Assembly (NCBI GenBank): GCA_964202905.1
Contig: CAXNJO010000007.1
Location: 64,001-128,000 of the forward strand
Length of the DNA stretch: 64,000 nt
Direction of reading: 5' to 3'
Source: Polyangiales bacterium
GTDB lineage: Bacteria; Myxococcota_A; Polyangia; Polyangiales; JADJQN01
Under the pieces are notes generated by a model, which saw nothing but the letters and a program-made list of their open reading frames with translations, made no database searches and was not told where the DNA came from. Each line of letters starts with the position of its first letter. Position 1 is the first letter of the stretch. Of the stretch, positions 28,162 through 37,079 are shown one piece after another. A program made the position numbers and the translations under genes.

Positions 28162-28839
28162 CTACAGCCCTTCGAGCTTGCGCTTGAGGGCAGAGAGCTC
28201 GTCGTCGACCTTCGCGCCCCCTGCCTCGCGCTCGAGCCTCCGGAAGCGCGCGTCGACGTCGGCGCGCGCCGGATCCTCGAGCACTTCGTGCGCCTCGACC
28301 TCGGACTCGAGCGTCTCGATGCGCCCGCCCATGCGCTCGAGCTCTCCGAAGGCCGACCCTTCGCCGAAGCGCTGGCCGCCCTCGAGCGGGCGCGTGTCGC
28401 GGGCGCGGCGGACCTGCGCGGCGAGCGACGTCTTGCGGCTCTCGATCTCGTCGATCTTGCGCTCGACGTTCTCGAGCGTCGCCTTCATCTCGTCGGCCGC
28501 GCTCGCGGCGCCCGCGGACTGCCGCTCGGCGTCGGCCGCATCCCGTTCGGCGCGGCCCTTGCGCTTGAGCGCCTCGCGCGCGAGCGAATCGTCGCCGTTG
28601 CGCAGCGCGAGCACGGCCTTCTCCTCCCACGCGCGCGCCTCGGCGTTCAACTCGGCCGTCTTCTTCTCGAGGCGCTTCGCCGTGCCGAGCGTCGTGATCA
28701 GCTCCTGACGGGCGCGCTTCACTTCGTCCTTCATGTCGAGGACGGTCTGGCCGATCAACTTCTCCGGGTCCTCCGCCTTCTCGACCAGCGCGTTGAGGTT
28801 CGACTTGATGACGTTGTTGAGGCGGCTGAACATGCCCAT
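28162..28839 (-). CDS. pspA: PspA/IM30 family protein
   Basis: 'MGMFSRLNNVIKSNLNALVEKAEDPEKLIGQ..DM', 'WEEKAVLAL..DDSLAREAL', 'VDDELSALKRKL'. Confidence 0.93.
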   Translation of the reverse strand: MGMFSRLNNVIKSNLNALVEKAEDPEKLIGQTVLDMKDEVKRARQELITTLGTAKRLEKKTAELNAEARAWEEKAVLALRNGDDSLAREALKRKGRAERDAADAERQSAGAASAADEMKATLENVERKIDEIESRKTSLAAQVRRARDTRPLEGGQRFGEGSAFGELERMGGRIETLESEVEAHEVLEDPARADVDARFRRLEREAGGAKVDDELSALKRKLEGL

Positions 28840-28925
28840 GTCCGCCAAGCCTACACCCGGTCCGGGGTCGATCAACCGCGCGTCCGTGCGCCGGGCCGGA
28901 GCGCGGCGGGGCCCGTGGGGCTCCG

Positions 28926-29507
28926 TCAGGGCGTGGCGCCGCGTCGCAGCGCGTCGCGCAGTTCCGTGACGACCGCGGCCGAGGCGCGCGCGTTCTCGGA
29001 CTCGCGCCACTCGTCGAACCAGAGCGTCACGGCGCAGCGGGCGCCCGGGAGCGACACCTCCAGGGTCGGGCGGCTCTCGTGCGTGCGCCCGGTCCGGCGC
29101 GTCGAGGCGAGCTCGCAAGGGCGCGCGGCGAGCAGACGGCGCTCGAGCTCCGCGACGTCCTCGGGCGGCAGGCTCAGCTCCGCGCGGGTCGGCGCGCCGC
29201 CGCCCTGCGGCGGATCGAGCAGGTAGCGCGCGCGCCCGTCCCGGCGCACGAGCACCGCCTCCGTGCCCCAGTGCGGGTGCGCGACGCTCCAGGCGACCAG
29301 GATCTCGGCGTCGTCGCCCCCGAGCTGCCGGGCCGCAGCGTGTCCGGCCGTGCGCGGGGGCGGCGCGTCGAGGCCCCGTGCGAGCGTCACCGCGAGCGCG
29401 GTCGCGAGCCCCGCGGCGGCCATGCCGGCGAGCGTGGCGCGCGCGCCTCCGCTGCGGGTGGCGCCCGGTCCGCCACGGGTGCGGGCGTCGTCGTTCGGTG
29501 CATGCAT
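28926..29507 (-). CDS. Hypothetical membrane-anchored/secreted protein
   Basis: Hydrophobic segment 'LAGMAAAGLATALAVTLA' then a globular domain with a Cys pair; start codon uncertain. Confidence 0.5.
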   Translation of the reverse strand: MHAPNDDARTRGGPGATRSGGARATLAGMAAAGLATALAVTLARGLDAPPPRTAGHAAARQLGGDDAEILVAWSVAHPHWGTEAVLVRRDGRARYLLDPPQGGGAPTRAELSLPPEDVAELERRLLAARPCELASTRRTGRTHESRPTLEVSLPGARCAVTLWFDEWRESENARASAAVVTELRDALRRGATP

Positions 29508-29538
29508 TTCTCGCGTCTCCGGGTCAGGCTTGCGCCCC

Positions 29539-30840
29539 ATGTCGCGCTCCAAGGTCGCCATCGTTCGTACGAAGCCGTCGACGGTCCTCGAGGACTACCA
29601 CCGGGTGATGAACCTGGCGGACTACCAGCAGACGATTGACCGCAGCGCGGACACCGCGCTGAAGGTGAACATCTCCTGGCACTTCTTCTACCCGGCCTCG
29701 TCGACGACCCCGTGGCAGCTCGAGGGCGTCATCCGCGCGATGCAGCGCGACGGCTACGACAAGGACCTCATCCACGCGTGCCACAACCGCACCGTGGTGA
29801 TCGACGCGCACCTCGGGGAGCGCGAGAACAAGCAGATCGACGTCGTCGAGGCGCACGGCCTGCGCAACGTGCACCTCTACGAGGGCGGCGAGGAGTGGAT
29901 CGACGTCCGCGACGCCGTCGGCGATCTCGCGAAGAAGTTCCTCGTCCTCAACGACGTGTATCCGAAGGGCTTCTCGATCCCGAAGCGCTTCATCGGCGAG
30001 AACATCATCCATCTACCGACCGTGAAGACGCACATCTTCACGACGACGACCGGCGCGATGAAGAACGCGTTCGGCGGCCTCCTCAACGAGCACCGTCACT
30101 GGACGCACCCCGTCATCCACGAGACGCTCGTCGACCTGTTGATGATCCAGAAAAAGATCCACCGCGGCGTCTTCGCCGTGATGGACGGGACCTTCGCAGG
30201 TGATGGTCCCGGTCCGCGCTGCATGATCCCGCACGTCAAGAACGTGCTGCTCGCGAGCTCCGATCAGGTCGCGATCGATGCGGTCGCGGCGAAGCTGATG
30301 GGCTTCGACCCGCTGCGCGACACGAAGTTCGTCCGCCTCGCGCACGAGCTCGGGCTCGGCTGCGGCGACGTGCGCGACATCGAGATCGTCGGCGACGTCG
30401 ACGCCCTCGACGAGAAGTGGAACTTCGAGGGGCCGTTCAAGAACATGACGTTCGCCTCGAAGAACCAGCACCGCATCTACTGGGGCCCGCTCAAGAAGCC
30501 CATCGAGTGGTCGCTGAAGACGTGGCTCGCGCCGTGGGCGTACGTCGCCTCGGTCACGTACCACGACGTCTTCTGGTATCCGGTGCACGGGCAGAAGCAC
30601 ATCCAGAAGGCGCTCGGCTCCGAGTGGGGCAAGCTCTTCGCGAACTGGGGGAAGGTGCACCCCGACGCCGCGGGGCGCGGCTACCCGGACGTCGGGCAGG
30701 CGAGCCCGGAGCTCGTGCGGCTCGGCATGAAGCACTTCGTCGAGGGCGCGCGCCTCATCGGGATGGCCGTCGCCGAGTCCCCCGAGGTGCAGGCCCGCGC
30801 ACGGCGCCGCAGCGCGCAGCAGCAGATCGTGGGCGGGTGA
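29539..30840 (+). CDS. DUF362 domain protein
   Basis: 'LKVNISW..PASSTTPWQLEGVI', 'LPTVKTH..TTGAMKNAFG', 'AVMDG..GDGPGP', 'ASSDQVAIDAVAAKLMGFDP'. Confidence 0.85.
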   Translation: MSRSKVAIVRTKPSTVLEDYHRVMNLADYQQTIDRSADTALKVNISWHFFYPASSTTPWQLEGVIRAMQRDGYDKDLIHACHNRTVVIDAHLGERENKQIDVVEAHGLRNVHLYEGGEEWIDVRDAVGDLAKKFLVLNDVYPKGFSIPKRFIGENIIHLPTVKTHIFTTTTGAMKNAFGGLLNEHRHWTHPVIHETLVDLLMIQKKIHRGVFAVMDGTFAGDGPGPRCMIPHVKNVLLASSDQVAIDAVAAKLMGFDPLRDTKFVRLAHELGLGCGDVRDIEIVGDVDALDEKWNFEGPFKNMTFASKNQHRIYWGPLKKPIEWSLKTWLAPWAYVASVTYHDVFWYPVHGQKHIQKALGSEWGKLFANWGKVHPDAAGRGYPDVGQASPELVRLGMKHFVEGARLIGMAVAESPEVQARARRRSAQQQIVGG

Positions 30841-30925
30841 GCGCGGCGCGGGCCGCGACGATCGGACGCGCCGACCGCCGCGTCTGCGCGTCCCGTTCGC
30901 GCGGCGTACTGCTAGGATGCGCGCC

Positions 30926-32068
30926 GTGAGCGACGCCCGACGCGCCATCGATCTCGGTTCCGTGCGCGCCGACGGCTGGTTCTCCCGCCTCGGCGACGAC
31001 GCGCGCGAGTACCGCCAGCTCTGCCAGGTCGTGGGTGAGCGCTTCGTCGCCTTCAGCGTGATCGCCGGCGTGAACATCCGCGCGCTCACGCTCGATCGAC
31101 GCTCGCCCGACGCCTCGCTCATCGACTTCAGCGTCGGCGAGAGTTCCGTCGAGCAGCGCCTCCCGCTCGGCGAGTACCGCCGCCGCGTCGCGACCGCCAT
31201 GCTCGCCGAGGAGGACACGACCGCCGCCCTCCCGGACGATCCGCAACCCGAGGATCTGCAAGCGTTTCTGGGCTTGCGGACGCTGATGCTCGCGGGGCTC
31301 TACGGCGTCGAGGTGCGCGCGCTCCGCGTCGGCGGTGGGCGTCCGATCGGTGTGAGCGTCGGCGCGGGCGCGTCGGAGGCGGAGATCACGCCCGAGGATT
31401 TGCGTGAGTCGCTCCGCGACTGCGTGCGCGACGAGCTCGCGCGGGTGCGTCCGCAGTCGCCGTTTGCGATCGATCTCTCGCGCGTGCCGGAGGCCTCCGA
31501 GGCCCTCGCCGCGGGACACGACGAGCGCGTCATCGAGCTGCTCGGCGCGTGGCCGGGGCCGCTCTCGATGCTGCTGCGCACGGCCGAGGGGATGGCCCTC
31601 GGGGCCGAGTCGCGGTCCACGCTCGGGGACGCGCTCGGCATGCTCGGCGCCGCGTACACGCGGACGGCGCGCTACGACTGGGCGGACGAGGTTCTCCGCC
31701 TCGGCATCCAGTGGGCGCAGGACGGCGCCGCGGGGGCACGGCTCTTCCGGCGGCTCGCGGAGGCGCACGTCGCGCGCGACCGGCACGGCGAGGCGATCGG
31801 GCTGTTGCGGCGCGCGCTCGCGCTCGGGGCGCCCGTCGCGGAGGTGCTGCCGACGCTCGCGCGCTGTTACGCCGCGCGCGAGCGCTGGGTCGCCGCGCTG
31901 CTCTGCGTCGAGCAGGGCGAGGCCGCGGGGGTCCCGGTGGAGGTGATGGCCGACGTCCGCGCGGCGGCCGAGGGCGTGCTCGGCGAGGGGTGGAACCGAC
32001 TGCGCGCGGTCATCCCCGCACCCGCCGCGTTCTCGTCCGCGCCGGGCGGTCCGAGCGGGCCGGGCTGA
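30926..32068 (+). CDS. Hypothetical protein with C-terminal TPR repeats
   Basis: GTG 30926 lies 7 nt after TAGGAT; TPR-like 'RHGEAIGLLRRALALG', 'LARCYAARERW'. Confidence 0.7.
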   Translation: MSDARRAIDLGSVRADGWFSRLGDDAREYRQLCQVVGERFVAFSVIAGVNIRALTLDRRSPDASLIDFSVGESSVEQRLPLGEYRRRVATAMLAEEDTTAALPDDPQPEDLQAFLGLRTLMLAGLYGVEVRALRVGGGRPIGVSVGAGASEAEITPEDLRESLRDCVRDELARVRPQSPFAIDLSRVPEASEALAAGHDERVIELLGAWPGPLSMLLRTAEGMALGAESRSTLGDALGMLGAAYTRTARYDWADEVLRLGIQWAQDGAAGARLFRRLAEAHVARDRHGEAIGLLRRALALGAPVAEVLPTLARCYAARERWVAALLCVEQGEAAGVPVEVMADVRAAAEGVLGEGWNRLRAVIPAPAAFSSAPGGPSGPG

Positions 32069-32070
32069 CG

Positions 32071-34472
32071 ATGCCGGGGCCCGTCGAGCGGCCGCAGCCC
32101 GCAGACACGCGCCCCTCCGCGGGGCCGCGATTCGACGTGCGCTTCGAGCCGGCGGGCGGGCTGCTCGAGCTGGCGCGGCCGCTCACGATCGGCGCGGCGA
32201 CGGTCGAGGTGCTCTCGCTCTCGCTGGGGAAGATTCGTTTTCCGCTCGCGCTCGGGGGCGGACCCGCGCGCTTCCGGACGCGGCGCACGGCGGCGCGGCG
32301 GGCCCGCGTCCGGGTCGACCTGCGTGCGCTCTCGGCGGCGTGCGCGGCCGCGGGTGTCCCGCTCGCCTTCGTCGGTACGACGCGGCGCGGCGAGCTGCGG
32401 TGCGCGCTCCGCGACGCGTCGGGGGTGCTCGCGTTCGAGCTGGCGCTCGTCGCGGATGGCGCGGATCTCTGCGCGCTCCTGCGTGGTGCGCGGGCTGCCG
32501 CCGACGGTCCGGCGCCCGCGACGGCGCGGGTGCTCGCTGCGTTGCGCGGGCTCGGTGTCGCGCTCGACGCGGGTACGGGGCTGCTGCGCTTGCGCCGGCC
32601 GTTGCGCCTCGTGTTGCGGGAGGCGCTCGCGGGGCATGGCTGGCGCGTCCCGGATGAGCGGGGCCTGCGCCTCGCGGCGCCTGCGCTCGACGGGCGCGCG
32701 CTGGTGCTCGCGAGTGCCGCGGAGCCGCCGCGCGCGGCCGTGTCGCAGGGCGGGTCGATGTCGCGCGAGGTCGACGACGAGCTCTCGTTGCGAGAGTCCG
32801 GGCGCGGGCTCGCGACGGCGCTCACCGCGCTCGAGGAGGGCGACGAAGCGCGGGCGCGCGCGTGCCTCGCGCGGCGCGACGAAGACGGCGGACCTGCGGC
32901 GGGCGAGCTCGCCGCGGCGCTCGCCGTCGACGCGGGCGATGCGCACGCGGCCGCGCAGGTCGCCATGCTCGCGCCGACCGGCGAGGACCTCCCGGCGCAG
33001 GCGCTCGCGGCGACGCTCGCGCTGCGTCTCGCGTTGCGGGCGGGCGACGTGGACGCTGCGGCGAGCGCGGCGCGGCGCGCGACGCGGCCGAGGCCTCCGG
33101 CGAGGCAGCCGCCGAGGTGCTGCGCGAGGCAGCGCGCGCGTGCGACGAGGCCCGCTCTGGCGTGCGCGCGGAGCTCCTCGCCCGCGCGGCGGCGCGTGCC
33201 CCGCACGACGCGGCGCTCGCGGGGGAGGCGATCGCGGCGGCGGTCTCCGTGGGCGAATGGCACGAGGTCGAGGCCACCGCACGGCGCGTCCTCGGGGGGC
33301 TCTCCGACGCGGGCGCGCGGGTCGCCGTCCTGCGCGGGGCGGCGCGCGCGGTCATCGACGACGCCGCCGCCGCGCGGCTCGCGCTGCCTAGGACGAAGCG
33401 CTCGCGCTCGCGCCCGACGACCTCGATGCTGCTCGAGGTCGCAGCGCGCGCGTGCGACGGCGCGCGGTGATGCCCCGGGCGCGATCTTGCTGCGCGATCG
33501 CGCCGCGGACGTTGCGGTCGCCGCGGGGGACGCGGACGCGGCGGTGCGATGCTCGCGCGCGCCGCCACGCTCGCCGTCGCCGCGGGGCGGGCCGCCGGTG
33601 CGCTCGAGCGTCTCGCGCGGGCGGCCGCCCTCACGCCGAGCGACCCCGCAGCGCTCGTCGCGCTCGCGGCGGCGTGCGTGCGCGCGGGCGCCATCGAGGG
33701 GGCCCTCGACGCCTCCCGGCGCCTGCTCTCGGTCGGCCCCGGGCGTGCCGAGATCGATGCCCTCGTCGTCGCGGCGCGGCTGCATCTCGCGCGCCGCGAG
33801 GCCCGCGAGGCCCGCGCGTTCTTCGAGGCGGCGCGACGTCTCGACCCGGCGCACGCGGCGCTGCCCGACCTCGGGCTCGAGGTCGACGCCGCCGTCGCCG
33901 ATGGCTGGCTCTCCTCGCCGGGGGCCCTCCGCGCGATCGACGTCTTCGCGCTCGCGGGGGTCGCGCGCGACGCGTCGGACCCCGCGGCCCTCGTGCGCTC
34001 GGTCCTCGATGGACTCGCCGGCGCGGCGCCCGCGGCCGAAGCCCCGTCGCTCGTGGCTGCGGGGCGTACCGCGGCGGAGCGCCTCCAGGCCGTGGATGCG
34101 GCGCCGCTCCTGCGTGCCCTCGCGGACGCGGCCGCGCAGGTCGCCGCGCACCTCGCCGACCCGAGCGATCTCGCGGCGCTCGAGCCCCACGCGACGTCAG
34201 TCGATGCACGCGCGGCGCTCGCGCAACGTCTCGGACAGGTGTTGCGTGGCGCGGGGCAGGGGGGCGCGGCGGCGCGCGCGCTGGCGCGGGCCGGCGTCGT
34301 GCGGCGCGACGCGGCCACGCTGCGGGCGGCCATCGAGCTGGCCGTGCGCGCGGAGGCGTGGGACGACGCCGCGTCGGTCGTGCGCGAGGCCCTCGAGGTC
34401 GTGGGCGACGGCCCAGCCCGCGCGCACCTCGTCGCGCGTGCGGCCGCCATCGCCGCCAAGCAGCGCGCCTGA
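32071..34472 (+). CDS. Large Ala-rich TPR protein interrupted by several frameshifts (about 33080-33550)
   Basis: Coherent protein-like segments alternate between ORFs 31549, 32862 and 33549 ('ALERLARAAALTPSDPAALVALA', 'FFEAARRLDPAH'); ends TGA 34470-34472. Confidence 0.55.
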
Positions 34473-34479
34473 GCGGCCC

Positions 34480-36144
34480 ATGCGGCCTCTTCGCGACTCC
34501 GGGCGCGCGAGCGAGCCGTACCGCCGCCATCTCCGCGAGGCCGCGGCCGGCGCGCCCGTCGGCCGCGTGGCTGCGCCAGTCGCTCGCATCGCGCGCGCGG
34601 CGTCGCCTTCGCGCCGCGTCGAGACCTCGCCATCGCGCTGCATCACGGCGTGCCTGAGCGCGTGCGTGCTTCTCCTCGGCTGCGGCGCGCGCACGTCCCC
34701 GCTCCCCGTCGCCGCAGCGCCGGGGGACGCCGGACTCGTCGTGGACGCGGGGCCCGGCGACGGCGGTGGACGTGCCGACGCCGCACCGCCCGACGCCGGT
34801 GCGCCGCGCGCGTGCAGCGCCGATCGGGACTGCGCCGGCGGGACGGTCTGCCGCGCGGACCTCGGCGAAGGGCCCGTCGATCTCGCGCCCGTGCCGCTCG
34901 CGTGCGCGACGCGCACGGCGGGGGCGGCCGCGGACGACGCTGCGTGCGACGGGGTCGACGGCACCGGCTGCGCGCGCGGGCTCTGCGTCGTGGCGGGGAC
35001 CTGCGTCGCGCCCTGCATCGACGACGCCGATTGCGCCGCCGAGGCGCGCTGCGCGGAGGTGTACGCGCGCACCGGTCCCGCCGCGCTGCAGCCGCTGCGC
35101 GCGTGCGTCCCGCTCCTCGCGGCGCCGCCCGACGTGCGCGTCCGCGTCGATCGCGCCGTCGCCGAGGTGCGGGGCGGCGATGTGCCCGTCGACGTCGCGC
35201 TCCCTCACGAGGCGCCGGTCACCCTCGCCGTGTTCTCGTCTCCGCGCAGCCTCGCGCTGCTCGCGCCCGCGCTGCGCGGCCCCGATGGCGCGACCGTCTT
35301 CGACCTCGACGCGCTCGCGCCCGGCGCGCCTCCGCCGCGCAGCCCGATCAACCCCTTCGGGGCACCGCTCACCGTGCTGCTCCCGGCGGCCGACGATGCA
35401 GCCCCGGGCACGTACACGCTCGCGCTCGCCGCGGGGTCGCGCACGGCGATCGACCGCGTCCTGCTCGCGCGCGACCTGCGCGGGCGCACCCTCGATCTCG
35501 ACCTCTACCTCGTCGCGGGCCGCTTCGCCGGGCGCGGCGATGGCGGGCTCGTCCCCGCGCTCGCGGAGGCCCTCGAAGTCTTCCGCGCGACGTACGCCGA
35601 GGCGGGCATCGCCGTCGGCGAGGTGCGCACGCACACGCTCGTCGGCGGGCTCGCGCGCCGCTTCGGGGTGATCGAAGGCGACGGCAGCGGCGACCTGCCG
35701 GAGCTCGGCCCGCTCTTCGCGCTCACGGCCGGCGCGCGGGGCCCCTCGGTGAGCTGGTTCTTCGTGCGCGACGTCGAGGGCGCGCTCGGTGTCTCGGGCG
35801 GCGTCCCCGGCGCGCAGTGTCTCCCCGGGACGGCCGCGAGCGGCCTCGTCGTGAGCGGCGACCTGCTCGGCGGCGACGTCGCGCTCGAGAGCGTGCTCGT
35901 CCACGAGACAGGGCACTTTCTCGGGCTCTTCCACACGAGCGAGCGCGACGGCACCGTGCTCGATCCGTTCGAGGACACGCCCGCGTGCGGCCCCTCGCGC
36001 GACGTGGACGGCGACGGTGCGCTCGTCTACGCGGAGTGCCTCGGTGCGGGCGCCGAGAACGCGATGTTCTGGGGCGCCCGGAATGAACGGCGATTCAGTG
36101 AGGCGCAGCGCGCGCTGCTCGGACGCGCGCTCGTGCTGCGCTGA
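34480..36144 (+). CDS. Cys-rich lipoprotein with C-terminal metzincin (M43/pappalysin-like) zinc metalloprotease domain
   Basis: Lipobox 'LLLGC', DAG-rich linker, Cys-rich region, 'HETGHFLGLFHT' (HExxHxxGxxH) and Met-turn 'ENAMFW'; start uncertain. Confidence 0.8.
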   Translation: MRPLRDSGRASEPYRRHLREAAAGAPVGRVAAPVARIARAASPSRRVETSPSRCITACLSACVLLLGCGARTSPLPVAAAPGDAGLVVDAGPGDGGGRADAAPPDAGAPRACSADRDCAGGTVCRADLGEGPVDLAPVPLACATRTAGAAADDAACDGVDGTGCARGLCVVAGTCVAPCIDDADCAAEARCAEVYARTGPAALQPLRACVPLLAAPPDVRVRVDRAVAEVRGGDVPVDVALPHEAPVTLAVFSSPRSLALLAPALRGPDGATVFDLDALAPGAPPPRSPINPFGAPLTVLLPAADDAAPGTYTLALAAGSRTAIDRVLLARDLRGRTLDLDLYLVAGRFAGRGDGGLVPALAEALEVFRATYAEAGIAVGEVRTHTLVGGLARRFGVIEGDGSGDLPELGPLFALTAGARGPSVSWFFVRDVEGALGVSGGVPGAQCLPGTAASGLVVSGDLLGGDVALESVLVHETGHFLGLFHTSERDGTVLDPFEDTPACGPSRDVDGDGALVYAECLGAGAENAMFWGARNERRFSEAQRALLGRALVLR

Positions 36145-36147
36145 GCG

Positions 36148-36981
36148 TCAGAGCGCCATCGCTTCGCAGTGCCCGGCGACGCAGCGCGCGACGACCGTGT
36201 CGGGATAGGTCGGGAGGCACTCCGGACACGCCGCGCCCATCGGGCAGACGAGCGACTCGTACGTCTCGCTCGAGGTCGTCGACACGGCGGTGTAGCGCTC
36301 GTCGCCGCCGCACTCGCAGCACGACGTGGTGCGGATGCGGCAGTCCGTGTCGATGGCGCACGCGGTGAGCGCCTCCATGCGCACGTCGACGACCTTGCAC
36401 TGCCCCGCGGCGCAGGTCGGCACGAGCTCCGGGACGTCGAAGCTTGGGCAGCGCGGGCAACCGACCGAGGGGGGGGTCGGGCAGACCTCGTTGTAGTGGT
36501 CTTCCTCGCGGCCCATCCGCACGCCCACGACGTCGGTGATCGTCGGTGCGCCGCAGACCGCGCAGCAGCCGACGGGGTTGATCGCACACTGCCCCTGGTC
36601 GGTGCAGGCGGCCCAGTCGGGCGCGCCGCCGTCGGGCGTCGCCGCGTCGGGCACCGACGCGTCCGCGACGACGCCACCGTCGCCGCAGAACGTCGCGCAG
36701 GCGGTCTCGTCCACGCTGTAGGGCGGGCAGATCCACGGGCAGCAGCCGCCCGTGCAGGTCGCGCCGAGCACCGACTCCACCACCTCGTCGCAGCCGCACG
36801 TGGCCATCGTGCGGCACACCGGGCGCGGTCCATCGCAGGGCGGCGGCGAGTTCATGTCGACGCCGAGATCGCGCGGCACGGGCGGCGGCTCGTCGTCGTC
36901 ATCGCCGCAGGCCGTCAGCGAGAGCGGCGCGAGGAGACAGAGTGCGAGGGTGAGGGGCAGGCGAAGGGCGCGCAGCGTCAT
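36148..36981 (-). CDS. Cys-rich lipoprotein
   Basis: Lipobox 'LSLTAC'; two repeated modules 'AC.....C......CC..CG...' plus an N-terminal Cys cluster. Confidence 0.75.
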   Translation of the reverse strand: MTLRALRLPLTLALCLLAPLSLTACGDDDDEPPPVPRDLGVDMNSPPPCDGPRPVCRTMATCGCDEVVESVLGATCTGGCCPWICPPYSVDETACATFCGDGGVVADASVPDAATPDGGAPDWAACTDQGQCAINPVGCCAVCGAPTITDVVGVRMGREEDHYNEVCPTPPSVGCPRCPSFDVPELVPTCAAGQCKVVDVRMEALTACAIDTDCRIRTTSCCECGGDERYTAVSTTSSETYESLVCPMGAACPECLPTYPDTVVARCVAGHCEAMAL

Positions 36982-37000
36982 GCGCGCAAGACTGCCACAG
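36982..37000 (-). promoter_or_regulatory. 19-nt motif CTGTGGCAGTCTTGCGCGC abutting the start codon (extended -10-like)
   Basis: 17/19 identical to the motif at 56563-56581; TGn-CAGTCT lies 7 nt before the ATG. Confidence 0.55.
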
Positions 37001-37079
37001 TCCTGCGCCCGACGCGGTGCTCTGCGCGGTGAAGGAGCACGGCGCGCGCCGCGGCGACGGGCTACCCTCGCGGCGTCGC

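Noticed and set aside
31549..36144. 1531-aa giant ORF
   Set aside because: Chimera of off-frame sequence, part of the frameshifted TPR gene and the separate metalloprotease gene; stops are rare at this GC content.
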